DNA from: Eledone cirrhosa
Lineage: Eukaryota
Assembly: GCA_964016885.1 (NCBI GenBank)
Contig: OZ024744.1
Span: 87,606,001 to 87,670,000, forward strand
Direction of reading: 5' to 3'
DNA length: 64,000 nt
Part shown: positions 23,801 through 38,000 of the stretch, piece by piece
How positions within the stretch are numbered: the stretch's first letter is position 1
Layout of the letters: each line of letters begins with the position of its first letter
Notes under the pieces: model-generated
The model's input: only the letters and a program-made list of their open reading frames with translations
What the model was told of the DNA's origin: nothing
Databases searched by the model: none
Translations under genes and position numbers: made by a program

Positions 23801-26800
23801 GTTCCTATCTATTGTTGTTGTTGTTACCATCTCTCCCTTCAACAGTAGGTACCAACAGTGACACCAAAGTGTCTCTATCTCCCTTGTTCCTATCTATTGT
23901 TGTTGTTGTTACTATCTCTCCCTTCAACAGTAGGTACCAACAGTGACACCAAAGTGTCTCTATCTCCCTTGTTCCTATCTATTGTTGTTGTTGTTACCAT
24001 CTCTCCCTTCAACAGTAGGTACCAACAGTGACACCAAAGTGTCTCTATCTCCCTTGTTCCTATCTATTGTTGTTGTTGTTACCATCTCTCCCTTCAACAG
24101 TTGGTACCAACAGTGACACCAAAGTGTCTCTATCTCCCTTGTTCCTATCTATTGTTGTTGTTGTTACTATCTCTCCCTTCAACAGTTGGTACCAACAGTG
24201 ACACCAAAGTGTCTCTATCTCCCTTGTTCCTATCTATTGTTGTTGTTGTTACCATCTCTCCCTTCAACAGTTGGTACCAACAGTGACACCAAAGTGTCTC
24301 TATCTCCCTTGTTCCTATCTATTGTTGTTGTTGTTACCATCTCTCCCTTCAACAGTAGGTACCAACAGTGACACCAAAGTGTCTCTATCTCCCTTGTTCC
24401 TATCTATTGTTGTTGTTGTTACCATCTCTCCCTTCAACAGTTGGTACCAACAGTGACACCAAAGTGTCTCTATCTCCCTTGTTCCTATCTATTGTTGTTG
24501 TTGTTACTATCTCTCCCTTCAACAGTTGGTACCAACAGTGACACCAAAGTGTCTCTATCTCCCTTGTTCCTATCTATTGTTGTTGTTGTTACTATCTCTC
24601 CCTTCAACAGTAGGTACCAACAGTGACACCAAAGTGTCTCTATCTCCCTTGTTCCTATCTATTGTTGTTGTTGTTACCATCTCTCCCTTCAACAGTAGGT
24701 ACCAACAGTGACACCAAAGTGTCTCTATCTCCCTTGTTCCTATCTATTGTTGTTGTTGTTACCATCTCTCCCTTCAACAGTTGGTACCAACAGTGACACC
24801 AAAGTGTCTCTATCTCCCTTGTTCCTATCTATTGTTGTTGTTGTTACTATCTCTCCCTTCAACAGTTGGTACCAACAGTGACACCAAAGTGTCTCTATCT
24901 CCCTTGTTCATATCTATTGTTGTTGTTGTTACTATCTCTCCCTTCAACAGTTGGTACCAACAGTGACACCAAAGTGTCTCTATCTCCCTTGTTCCCATCT
25001 ATTGTTGTTGTTGTTACCATCTCTCCCTTCAACAGTTGGTACCAACAGTGACACCAAAGTGTCTCTATATCCCTTGTTCCTATCTATTGTTGTTGTTGTT
25101 ACCATCTCTCCCTTCAACAGTTGGTACCAACAGTGACACCAAAGTGTCTCTATCTCCCTTGTTCCTATCTATTGTTGTTGTTACTATCTCTCCCTTCAAC
25201 AGTTGGTACCAACAGTGACACCAAAGTCTCTATATCCCCCTTGTTCCTATCTATTGTTGTTGTTACTATCTCTCCCTTCAACAGTTGGTACCAACAGTGA
25301 CACCAAAGTGTCTCTATCTTCCTTGTTCCTATCTATTGTTGTTGTTGTTACCATCTCTCCCTTCAACAGTTGGTACCAACAGTGACACCAAAGTGTCTCT
25401 ATCTCCCTTGTTCCTATCTATTGTTGTTGTTGTTACCATCTCTCCCTTCAACAGTAGGTACCAACAGTGACACCAAAGTGTCTCTATCTCCCTTGTTCCT
25501 ATCTATTGTTGTTGTTGTTACCATCTCTCCCTTCAACAGTTGGTACCAACAGTGACACCAAAGTGTCTCTATCTCCCTTGTTCCTATCTATTGTTGTTGT
25601 TGTTACCATCTCTCCCTTCAACAGTTGGTACCAACAGTGACACCAAAGTGTCTCTATCTCCCTTGTTCCTATCTATTGTTGTTGTTGTTACCATCTCTCC
25701 CTTCAACAGTTGGTACCAACAGTGACACCAAAGTGTCTCTATCTCCCTTGTTCCTATCTATTGTTGTTGTTACTATCTCTCCCTTCAACAGTTGGTACCA
25801 ACAGTGACACCAAAGTGTCTCTATCTCCCTTGTTCCTATCTATTGTTGTTGTTACTATCTCTCCCTTCAACAGTTGGTACCAACAGTGACACCAAAGTGT
25901 CTCTATCTTCCTTGTTCCTATCTATTGTTGTTGTTGTTACCATCTCTCCCTTCAACAGTTGGTACCAACAGTGACACCAAAGTGTCTCTATCTCCCTTGT
26001 TCCTATCTATTGTTGTTGTTGTTACCATCTCTCCCTTCAACAGTAGGTACCAACAGTGACACCAAAGTGTCTCTATCTCCCTTGTTCCTATCTATTGTTG
26101 TTGTTGTTACCATCTCTCCCTTCAACAGTTGGTACCAACAGTGACACCAAAGTGTCTCTATCTGCCTTGTTCCTATCGATTGTTGTTGTTACCATCTCTC
26201 CCTTCAACAGTTGGTACCAACAGTGACAGCAAAGTGTCTCTATCTCCCTTGTTCCTATCTATTGTTGTTGTTGTTACCATCTCTCCCTTCAACAGTTGGT
26301 ACCAACAGTGACCCCAAAGTGTCTCTATCTCCCTTGTTCCTATCTATTGTTGTTGTTGTTACCATCTCTCCCTTCAACAGTTGGTACCAACAGTGACACC
26401 AAAGTGTCTCTATCTCCCTTGTTCCTATCTATTGTTGTTGTTGTTACCATCTCTCCCTTCAACAGTTGGTACCAACAGTGACACCAAAGTGTCTCTATCT
26501 CCCTTGTTCCTATCTATTGTTGTTGTTGTTACCATCTCTCCCTTCAACAGTTGGTACCAACAGTGACACCAAAGTGTCTCTATATCCCTTGTTCCTATCT
26601 ATTGTTGTTGTTGTTACTATCTCTCCCTTCAACAGTTGGTACCAACAGTGACACCAAAGTGTCTCTATCTCCCTTGTTCCTATCTATTGTTGTTGTTGTT
26701 ACCATCTCTCCCTTCAACAGTTGGTACCAACAGTGACACCAAAGTGTCTCTATCTCCCTTGTTCCTATCTATTGTTGTTGTTGTTACCATCTCTCCCTTC

Positions 26801-27480
26801 AACAGTTGGTACCAACAGTGACACCAAAGTGTCTCTATCTCCCTTGTTCCTATCTATTGTTGTTGTTGTTACTATCTCTCCCTTCAACAGTTGGTACCAA
26901 CAGTGACACCAAAGTGTCTCTATCTCCCATGTTCCTATCTATTGTTGTTGTTGTTACCATCTCTCCCTTCAACAGTAGGTACCAACAGTGACACCAAAGT
27001 GTCTCTATCTCCCTTGTTCCTATCTATTGTTGTTGTTGTTACCATCTCTCCCTTCAACAGTTGGTACCAACAGTGACACCAAAGTGTCTCTATCTCCCTT
27101 GTTCCTATTCATTGTTGTTGTTACCATCTCTCCCTTCAACAGTTGGTACCAACAGTGACACCAAAGTGTCTCTATCTCCCTTGTTCCTATCTATTGTTGT
27201 TGTTGTTACCATCTCTCCCTTCAACAGTCGGTACCAACAGTGACACCAAAGTGTCTCTATCTCCCTTGTTCCTATCTAGTGTTGTTGTTGTTACCATCTC
27301 TCCCTTCAACAGTCGGTACCAACAGTGACACCAAAGTGTCTCTATCTCCCTTGTTCCTATCTATTGTTGTTGTTACCATCTCTCCCTTCAACAGTTGGTA
27401 CCAATAGTGACACCAGAGTGTCTCTATCTCCCTTGTTCCTATCTATTGTTGTTGTTGTTACCATCTCTCCCTTCAACAGT
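20810..27480. repeat. Higher-order duplication, 3971-bp offset (~20810-23510 matches ~24781-27480)
   Basis: Variant-bearing monomers pair at a constant offset of 3971: 20895/24866, 21232/25203, 22158/26129, 23090/27061, 23424/27395. Confidence 0.92.
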
Positions 27481-28649
27481 TGGTACCAACAGTGACACCA
27501 AAGTGTCTCTATCTCCCTTGTTCCTATCTATTGTTGTTGTTACTATCTCTCCCTTCAACAGTTGGTACCAACAGTGACAGCAAAGTGTCTCTATCTCCCT
27601 TGTTCCTATCTATTGTTGTTGTTGTTACCATCTCTCCCTTCAACAGTAGGTACCAACAGTGACACCAAAGTGTCTCTATCTCCCTTGTTCCTATCTATTG
27701 TTGTTGTTACCATCTCTCCCTTCAACAGTAGGTACCAACAGTGACACCAAAGTGTCTCTATCTCCCTTGTTCCTATCTATTGTTGTTGTTGTTACTATCT
27801 CTCCCTTCAACAGTTGGTACCAACAGTGACACCAAAGTGTCTCTATCTCCCTTGTTCCTATCCATTGTTGTTGTTACCATCTCTCCCTTCAACAGTTGGT
27901 ACCAACAGTGACACCAAAGTGTCTCTATCTCCCTTGTTCCTATCTATTGTTGTTGTTGTTACTATCTCTCCCTTCAACAGTCGGTACCAACAGTGACACC
28001 AAAGTGTCTCTATCTCCCTTGTTCCTATCTAGTGTTGTTGTTGTTACCATCTCTCCCTTCAACAGTAGGTACCAACAGTGACACCAAAGTGTCTCTATCT
28101 CCCTTGTTCCTATCTATTGTTGTTGTTGTTACTATCTCTCCCTTCAACAGTAGGTACCAACAGTGACACCAAAGTGTCTCTATCTCCCTTGTTCCTATCT
28201 ATTGTTGTTGTTACCATCTCTCCCTTCAACAGTTGGTACCAATAGTGACACCAGAGTGTCTCTATCTCCCTTGTTCCTATCTATTGTTGTTGTTGTTACC
28301 ATCTCTCCCTTCAACAGTTGGTACCAACAGTGACACCAAAGTGTCTCTATCTCCCTTGTTCCTATCCATTGTTGTTGTTACCATCTCTCCCTTCAACAGT
28401 TGGTACCAACAGTGACACCAAAGTGTCTCTATCTCCCTTGTTCCTATCTATTGTTGTTGTTGTTACTATCTCTCCCTTCAACAGTCGGTACCAACAGTGA
28501 CACCAAAGTGTCTCTATCTCCCTTGTTCCTATCTATTGTTGTTGTTACCATCTCTCCCTTCAACAGTTGGTACCAATAGTGACACCAGAGTGTCTCTATC
28601 TCCCTTGTTCCTATCTATTGTTGTTGTTGTTACCATCTCTCCCTTCAAC

Positions 28650-31600
28650 AGTTGGTACCAACAGTGACACCAAAGTGTCTCTATCTCCCTTGTTCCTATC
28701 TATTGTTGTTGTTGTTACTATCTCTCCCTCCAACAGTTGGTACCAACAGTGACACCAAAGTGTCTCTATCTCCCTTGTTCCTATCTATTGTTGTTGTTGT
28801 TACTATCTCTCCCTTCAACAGTCGGTACCAACAGTGACACCAAAGTGTCTCTATCTCCCTTGTTCCTATCTATTGTTGTTGTTGTTATCATCTCTCCCTT
28901 CAACAGTTGGTACCAACAGTGACACCAAAGTGTCTTTATCTCCCTTGTTCCTATCTATTGTTGTTGTTGTTACTATCTCTCCCTTCAACAGTTGGTACCA
29001 ACAGTGACACCAAAGTGTCTCTATCTCCCTTGTTCCTATCTATTGTTGTTGTTGTTACCATCTCTCCCTCCAACAGTTGGTACCAACAGTGACACCAAAG
29101 TGTCTCTATATCCCTTGTTCCTATCTATTGTTGTTGTTGTTACAATCTCTCCCTTCAACAGTTGGTACCAACAGTGACACCAAAGTGTCTCTATCTCCCT
29201 TGTTCCTATCTATTGTTGTTGTTGTTACCATCTCTCCCTTCAACAGTTGGTACCAACAGTGACACCAAAGTGTCTCTATCTCCCTTGTTCCTATCTATTG
29301 TTGTTGTTGTTACCATCTCTCCCTTCAACAGTTGGTACCAACAGTGACACCAAAGTGTCTCTATCTCCCTTGTTCCTATCTATTGTTGTTGTTGTTACTA
29401 TCTCTCCCTTCAACAGTTGGTACCAACAGTGACACCAAAGTGTCTCTATCTCCCTTGTTCCAATCTATTGTTGTTGTTACTATCTCTCCCTCCAACAGTT
29501 GGTACCAACAGTGACACCAAAGTGTCTCTATCTCCCTTGTTCCCATCTATTGTTGTTGTTGTTACCATCTCTCCCTTCAACAGTTGGTACCAACAGTGAC
29601 ACCAAAGTATCTCTATCTCCCTTGTTCCTATCTATTGTTGTTGTTACCATCTCTCCCTTCAACAGTTGGTACCAACAGTGACACCAAAGTGTCTCTATCT
29701 CCCTTGTTCCTATCTATTGTTGTTGTTGTTACTATCTCTCCCTTCAACAGTTGGTACCAACAGTGACACCAAAGTGTCTCTATCTCCCATGTTCCTATCT
29801 ATTGTTGTTGTTGTTACCATCTCTCCCTTCAACAGTTGGTACCAACAGTGACACCAAAGTGTCTCTATCTCCCTTGTTCCTATCTATTGTTGTTGTTGTT
29901 ACTATCTCTCCCTTCAACAGTTGGTACCAACAGTGACACCAATGTGTCTCTATCTCCCATGTTCCTATCTATTGTTGTTGTTGTTACCATCTCTCCCTTC
30001 AACAGTTGGTACCAACAGTGACACCAAAGTGTCTCTATCTCACTTGTTCCTATCTATTGTTGTTGTTGTTACCATCTCTCCCTTCAACAGTTGGTACCAA
30101 CAGTGACACCAAAGTGTCTCTATCTCACTTGTTCCTATCTATTGTTGTTGTTGTTACTATCTCTCCCTTCAACAGTTGGTACCAATAGTGACACCAAAGT
30201 GTCTCTATCTCCCTTGTTCCTATCTATTGTTGTTGTTGTTACCATCTCTCCCTTCAACAGTTGGTACCAACAGTGACACCAAAGTGTCTCTATCTCACTT
30301 GTTCCTATCTATTGTTGTTGTTGTTACCATCTCTCCCTTCAACAGTTGGTACCAACAGTGACACCAAAGTGTCTCTATCTCACTTGTTCCTATCTATTGT
30401 TGTTGTTGTTACTATCTCTCCCTTCAACAGTTGGTACCAATAGTGACACCAAAGTGTCTCTATCTCCCTTGTTCCTATCTATTGTTGTTGTTGTTACCAT
30501 CTCTCCCTTCAACAGTTGGTACCAACAGTGACACCAAAGTGTCTCTATCTCCCTTGTTCCTATCTATTGTTGTTGTTGTTACCATCTCTTCCTTCAACAG
30601 TAGGTACCAACAGTGACACCAAAGTGTCTCTATCTGCCTTGTTCCTATCTATTGTTGTTGTTACTATCTCTCCCTTCAACAGTTGGTACCAACAGTGACA
30701 CCAAAGTGTCTCTATCTCACTTGTTCCTATCTATTGTTGTTGTTGTTACTATCTCTCCCTTCAACAGTTGGTACCAATAGTGACACCAAAGTGTCTCTAT
30801 CTCCCTTGTTCCTATCTATTGTTGTTGTTGTTACCATCTCTCCCTTCAACAGTTGGTACCAACAGTGACACCAAAGTGTCTCTATCTCCCTTGTTCCTAT
30901 CTATTGTTGTTGTTGTTACCATCTCTTCCTTCAACAGTAGGTACCAACAGTGACACCAAAGTGTCTCTATCTGCCTTGTTCCTATCTATTGTTGTTGTTA
31001 CTATCTCTCCCTTCAACAGTAGGTACCAACAGTGACACCAAAGTGTCTCTATCTCACTTGTTCCTATCTATTGTTGTTGTTGTTACCATCTCTCCCTTCA
31101 ACAGTTGGTACCAACAGTGACACCAAAGTGTCTCTATCTCCCTTGTTCCTATCTATTGTTGTTGTTGTTACCATCTCTTCCTTCAACAGTAGGTACCAAC
31201 AGTGACACCAAAGTGTCTCTATCTGCCTTGTTCCTATCTATTGTTGTTGTTGTTACCATCTCTCCCTTCAACAGTTGGTACCAACAGTGACACCAAAGTG
31301 TCTCTATCTCCCATGTTCCTATCTGTTGTTGTTGTTACCATCTCTCCCTTCAACAGTTGGTACCAACAGTGACACCAAAGTGTCTCTATCTCCCATGTTC
31401 CTATCTATTGTTGTTGTTACCATCTCTCCCTTCAACAGTGGGTACCAACAGTGACACCAAAGTGTCTCTATCTCCCTTGTTCCTATCTATTGTTGTTGTT
31501 GTTACCATCTCTCCCTTCAACAGTTGGTACCAACAGTGACAGCAAAGTGTCTCTATCTCCCTTGTTCCTATCTATTGTTGTTGTTGTTACCATCTCTCCC

Positions 31601-34600
31601 TTTAACAGTTGGTACCAACAGTGACACCAAAGTGTCTCTATCTCCCTTGTTCCTATCTATTGTTGTTGTTGTTACCATCTCTCCCTTCAACAGTTGGTAC
31701 CAACAGTGACACCAAAGTGTCTCTATCTCCCTTGTTCCTATCTATTGTTGTTGTTGTTACCATCTCTCCCTTCAACAGTTGGTACCAACAGTGACACCAA
31801 AGTGTCTCTATCTCCCTTGTTCCTATCTATTGTTGTTGTTGTTACCATCTCTCCCTTCAACAGTAGGTACCAACAGTGACACCAAAGTGTCTCTATCTCC
31901 CTTGTTCCTATCTATTGTTGTTGTTACCATCTCTCCCTTCAACAGTTGGTACCAACAGTGACACCAAAGTGTCTCTATCTCCCTTGTTCCTATCTATTGT
32001 TGTTGTTGTTACCATCTCTCCCTTCAACAGTAGGTACCAACAGTGACACCAAAGTGTCTCTATCTCCCTTGTTCCTATCTATTGTTGTTGTTGTTACCAT
32101 CTCTCCCTTCAACAGTAGGTACCAACAGTGACACCAAAGTGTCTCTATCTCCCTTGTTCCTATCTGTTGTTGTTGTTACCATCTCTCCCTTCAACAGTTG
32201 GTACCAGCAGTGACACCAAAGTGTCTCTATCTCCCTTGTTCCTATCTATTGTTGTTGTTGTTACCATCTCTCCCTTCAACAGTAGGTACCAACAGTGACA
32301 CCAAAGTGTCTCTATCTCCCTTGTTCCTATCTATTGTTGTTGTTACCATCTCTCCCTTCAACAGTTGGTACCAACAGTGACACCAAAGTGTCTCTATCTC
32401 CCTTGTTCCTATCTATTGTTGTTGTTACTATCTCTCCCTTCAACAGTTGGTACCAACAGTGACACCAAAGTGTCTCTATCTCCCTTGTTCCTATCTATTG
32501 TTGTTGTTGTTACCATCTCTCCCTTCAACAGTTGGTACCAACAGTGACACCAAAGTGTCTCTATCTCCCTTGTTCCTATCTATTGTTGTTGTTGTTACCA
32601 TCTCTCCCTTCAACAGTTGGTACCAACAGTGACACCAAAGTGTCTCTATCTCCCTTGTTCCTATCTATTGTTGTTGTTGTTACCATCTCTCCCTTCAACA
32701 GTAGGTACCAACAGTGACACCAAAGTGTCTCTATCTCCCTTGTTCCTATCTATTGTTGTTGTTGTTACCATCTCTCCCTTCAACAGTTGGTACCAACAGT
32801 GACACCAAAGTGTCTCTATCTCCCTTGTTCCTATCTATTGTTGTTGTTGTTACTATCTCTCCCTTCAACAGTTGGTACCAACAGTAACACCAAAGTGTCT
32901 CTATCTCCCTTGTTCCTATCTATTGTTGTTGTTGTTACCATCTCTCCCTTCAACAGTAGGTACCAACAGTGACACCAAAGTGTCTCTATCTCCCTTGTTC
33001 CTATCTATTGTTGTTGTTGTTACCATCTCTCCCTTCAACAGTTGGTACCAACAGTGACACCAAAGTGTCTCTATCTCCCTTGTTCCTATCTATTGTTGTT
33101 GTTGTTACTATCTCTCCCTTCAACAGTTGGTACCAACAGTGACACCAAAGTGTCTCTATCTCCCTTGTTCCTATCTATTGTTGTTGTTGTTACTATCTCT
33201 CCCTTCAACAGTAGGTACCAACAGTGACACCAAATTGTCTCTATCTCCCTTGTTCCTATCTATTGTTGTTGTTGTTACCATCTCTCCCTTCAACAGTAGG
33301 TACCAACAGTGACACCAAAGTGTCTCTATCTCCCTTGTTCCTATCTATTGTTGTTGTTGTTACCATCTCTCCCTTCAACAATTGGTACCAACAGTGACAC
33401 CAAAGTGTCTCTATCTCCCTTGTTCCTATCTATTGTTGTTGTTGTTACTATCTCTCCCTTCAACAGTTGGTACCAACAGTGACACCAAAGTGTCTCTCTC
33501 TCCCTTGTTCCTATCTGTTGTTGTTGTTACCATCTCTCCCTTCAACAGTTGGTACCAACAGTGACACCAAAGTGTCTCTATCTCCCTTGTTCCTATCTAT
33601 TGTTGTTGTTGTTACTATCTCTCCCTTCAACAGTTGGTACCAACAGTGACACCAAAGTGTCTCTATCTCCCTTGTTCCTATCTATTGTTGTTGTTGTTAC
33701 CATCTCTCCCTTCAACAGTTGGTACCAACAGTGACACCAAAGTGTCTCTATCTCCCTTGTTCCTATCCATTGTTGTTGTTACCATCTCTCCCTTCAACAG
33801 TTGGTACCAACAGTGACACCAAAGTGTCTCTATATCCCTTGTTCCTATCTATTGTTGTTGTTGTTACCATCTCTCCCTTCAACAGTTGGTACCAGCAGTG
33901 ACACCAAAGTGTCTCTATCTCACTTGTTCCTATCTATTGTTGTTGTTGTTACCATCTCTCCCTTCAACAGTTGGTACCAGCAGTGACACCAAAGTGTCTC
34001 TATCTCACTTGTTCCTATCTATTGTTGTTGTTGTTACTATCTCTCCCTTCAACAGTTGGTACCAATAGTGACACCAAAGTGTCTCTATCTCCCTTGTTCC
34101 TATCTATTGTTGTTGTTGTTACCATCTCTCCCTTCAACAGTAGGTACCAACAGTGACACCAAAGTGTCTCTATCTGCCTTGTTCCTATCTATTGTTGTTG
34201 TTGTTACCATCTCTCCCTTCAACAGTCGGTACCAACAGTGACACCAAAGTGTCTCTATCTCCCATGTTCCTATCTGTTGTTGTTGTTACCATCTCTCCCT
34301 TCAACAGTTGGTACCAACAGTGACACCAAAGTGTCTCTATCTCCCTTGTTCCTATCTATTGTTGTTGTTACCATCTCTCCCTTCAACAGTTGGTACCAAC
34401 AGTGACACCAAAGTGTCTCTATCTCCCTTGTTCCTATCTATTGTTGTTGTTACCATCTCTCCCTTCAACAGTTGGTACCAACAGTGACACCAAAGTGTCT
34501 CTATCTCCCTTGTTCCTATCTATTGTTGTTGTTGTTACCATCTCTCCCTTCAACAGTAGGTACCAACAGTGACACCAAAGTGTCTCTATCACCCTTGTTC

Positions 34601-37600
34601 CTATCTATTGTTGTTGTTGTTACCATCTCTCCCTTCAACAGTTGGTACCAACAGTGACACCAAAGTGTCTCTATCTCCCTTGTTCCTATCTATTGTTGTT
34701 GTTGTTACCATCTCTCCCTTCAACAGTTGGTACCAACAGTGACACCAAAGTGTCTCTATCTCCCTTGTTCCTATCTGTTGTTGTTGTTACCATCTCTCCC
34801 TTCAACAGTTGGTACCAACAGTGACACCAAAGTGTCTCTATCACCCTTGTTCCTATCTATTGTTGTTGTTGTTACCATCTCTCCCTTCAACAGTTGGTAC
34901 CAACAGTGACACCAAAGTGTCTCTATCTCCCTTGTTCCTATCTATTGTTGTTGTTGTTACTATCTCTCTCTCCAACAGTTGGTACCAACAGTGACACCAA
35001 AGTGTCTCTATCTCCCTTGTTCCTATCTATTGTTGTTGTTGTTACTATCTCTCCCTTCAACAGTCGGTACCAACAGTGACACCAAAGTGTCTCTATCTCC
35101 CTTGTTCCTATCTATTGTTGTTGTTGTTATCATCTCTCCCTTCAACAGTTGGTACCAACAGTGACACCAAAGTGTCTTTATCTCCCTTGTTCCTATCTAT
35201 TGTTGTTGTTGTTACTATCTCTCCCTTCAACAGTTGGTACCAACAGTGACACCAAAGTGTCTCTATCTCCCTTGTTCCTATCTATTGTTGTTGTTGTTAC
35301 CATCTCTCCCTCCAACAGTTGGTACCAACAGTGACACCAAAGTGTCTCTATATCCCTTGTTCCTATCTATTGTTGTTGTTGTTACCATCTCTCCCTTCAA
35401 CAGTTGGTACCAACAGTGACACCAAAGTGTCTCTATATCCCTTGTTCCTATCTATTGTTGTTGTTGTTACCATCTCTCCCTTCAACAGTTGGTACCAACA
35501 GTGACACCAAAGTGTCTCTATCTCCCTTGTTCCTATCTATTGTTGTTGTTACCATCTCTCCCTTCAACAGTTGGTACCAACAGTGACACCAAAGTGTCTC
35601 TATCTCCCTTGTTCCTATCTATTGTTGTTGTTGTTACTATCTCTCCCTTCAACAGTTGGTACCAACAGTGACACCAAAGTGTCTCTATCTCCCATGTTCC
35701 TATCTATTGTTGTTGTTGTTACCATCTCTCCCTTCAACAGTTGGTACCAACAGTGACACCAAAGTGTCTCTATCTCCCTTGTTCCTATCTATTGTTGTTG
35801 TTGTTACTATCTCTCCCTTCAACAGTTGGTACCAACAGTGACACCAAAGTGTCTCTATCTCCCATGTTCCTATCTATTGTTGTTGTTGTTACCATCTCTC
35901 CCTTCAACAGTTGGTACCAACAGTGACACCAAAGTGTCTCTATCTCACTTGTTCCTATCTATTGTTGTTGTTGTTACTATCTCTCCCTTCAACAGTTGGT
36001 ACCAATAGTGACACCAAAGTGTCTCTATCTCCCTTGTTCCTATCTATTGTTGTTGTTGTTACCATCTCTCCCTTCAACAGTTGGTACCAACAGTGACACC
36101 AAAGTGTCTCTATCTCCCTTGTTCCTATCTATTGTTGTTGTTGTTACCATCTCTTCCTTCAACAGTAGGTACCAACAGTGACACCAAAGTGTCTCTATCT
36201 GCCTTGTTCCTATCTATTGTTGTTGTTACTATCTCTCCCTTCAACAGTTGGTACCAACAGTGACACCAAAGTGTCTCTATCTCACTTGTTCCTATCTATT
36301 GTTGTTGTTGTTACTATCTCTCCCTTCAACAGTTGGTACCAATAGTGACACCAAATTGTCTCTATCTCCCTTGTTCCTATCTATTGTTGTTGTTGTTACC
36401 ATCTCTCCCTTCAACAGTTGGTACCAACAGTGACACCAAAGTGTCTCTATCTCCCTTGTTCCTATCTATTGTTGTTGTTGTTACCATCTCTTCCTTCAAC
36501 AGTAGGTACCAACAGTGACACCAAAGTGTCTCTATCTGCCTTGTTCCTATCTATTGTTGTTGTTGTTACCATCTCTCCCTTCAACAGTTGGTACCAACAG
36601 TGACACCAAAGTGTCTCTATCTCCCATGTTCCTATCTGTTGTTGTTGTTACCATCTCTCCCTTCAACAGTTGGTACCAACAGTGACACCAAAGTGTCTCT
36701 ATCTCCCATGTTCCTATCTATTGTTGTTGTTACCATCTCTCCCTTCAACAGTGGGTACCAACAGTGACACCAAAGTGTCTCTATCTCCCTTGTTCCTATC
36801 TATTGTTGTTGTTGTTACCATCTCTCCCTTCAACAGTTGGTACCAACAGTGACAGCAAAGTGTCTCTATCTCCCTTGTTCCTATCTATTGTTGTTGTTGT
36901 TACCATCTCTCCCTTTAACAGTTGGTACCAACAGTGACACCAAAGTGTCTCTATCTCCCTTGTTCCTATCTATTGTTGTTGTTGTTACCATCTCTCCCTT
37001 CAACAGTTGGTACCAACAGTGACACCAAAGTGTCTCTATCTCCCTTGTTCCTATCTATTGTTGTTGTTGTTACCATCTCTCCCTACAACAGTTGGTACCA
37101 ACAGTGACACCAAAGTGTCTCTATCTCCCTTGTTCCTATCTATTGTTGTTGTTGTTACCATCTCTCCCTTCAACAGTAGGTACCAACAGTGACACCAAAG
37201 TGTCTCTATCTCCCTTGTTCCTATCTATTGTTGTTGTTACCATCTCTCCCTTCAACAGTTGGTACCAACAGTGACACCAAAGTGTCTCTATCTCCCTTGT
37301 TCCTATCTATTGTTGTTGTTGTTACCATCTCTCCCTTCAACAGTAGGTACCAACAGTGACACCAAAGTGTCTCTATCTCCCTTGTTCCTATCTATTGTTG
37401 TTGTTGTTACCATCTCTCCCTTCAACAGTAGGTACCAACAGTGACACCAAAGTGTCTCTATCTCCCTTGTTCCTATCTGTTGTTGTTGTTACCATCTCTC
37501 CCTTCAACAGTTCGTACCAACAGTGACACCAAAGTGTCTCTATCTCCCTTGTTCCTATCTATTGTTGTTGTTGTTACCATCTCTCCCTTCAACAGTAGGT

Positions 37601-38000
37601 ACCAACAGTGACACCAAAGTGTCTCTATCTCCCTTGTTCCTATCTATTGTTGTTGTTACCATCTCTCCCTTCAACAGTTGGTACCAACAGTGACACCAAA
37701 GTGTCTCTATCTCCCTTGTTCCTATCTATTGTTGTTGTTACTATCTCTCCCTTCAACAGTTGGTACCAACAGTGACACCAAAGTGTCTCTATCTCCCTTG
37801 TTCCTATCTATTGTTGTTGTTGTTACCATCTCTCCCTTCAACAGTTGGTACCAACAGTGACACCAAAGTGTCTCTATCTCCCTTGTTCCTATCTATTGTT
37901 GTTGTTGTTACCATCTCTCCCTTCAACAGTTGGTACCAACAGTGACACCAAAGTGTCTCTATCTCCCTTGTTCCTATCTATTGTTGTTGTTGTTACCATC
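28650..38000. repeat. Older higher-order duplication (~28650-32700 matches ~34890-38000) with whole-monomer indels
   Basis: Shared rare variants (GTCTTTATC, CAGTGGGTACC, CCCTTTAACAG, TCTCTTCCTTC) appear in the same order at offsets 6242, 5905, 5565 and 5313. Confidence 0.85.
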
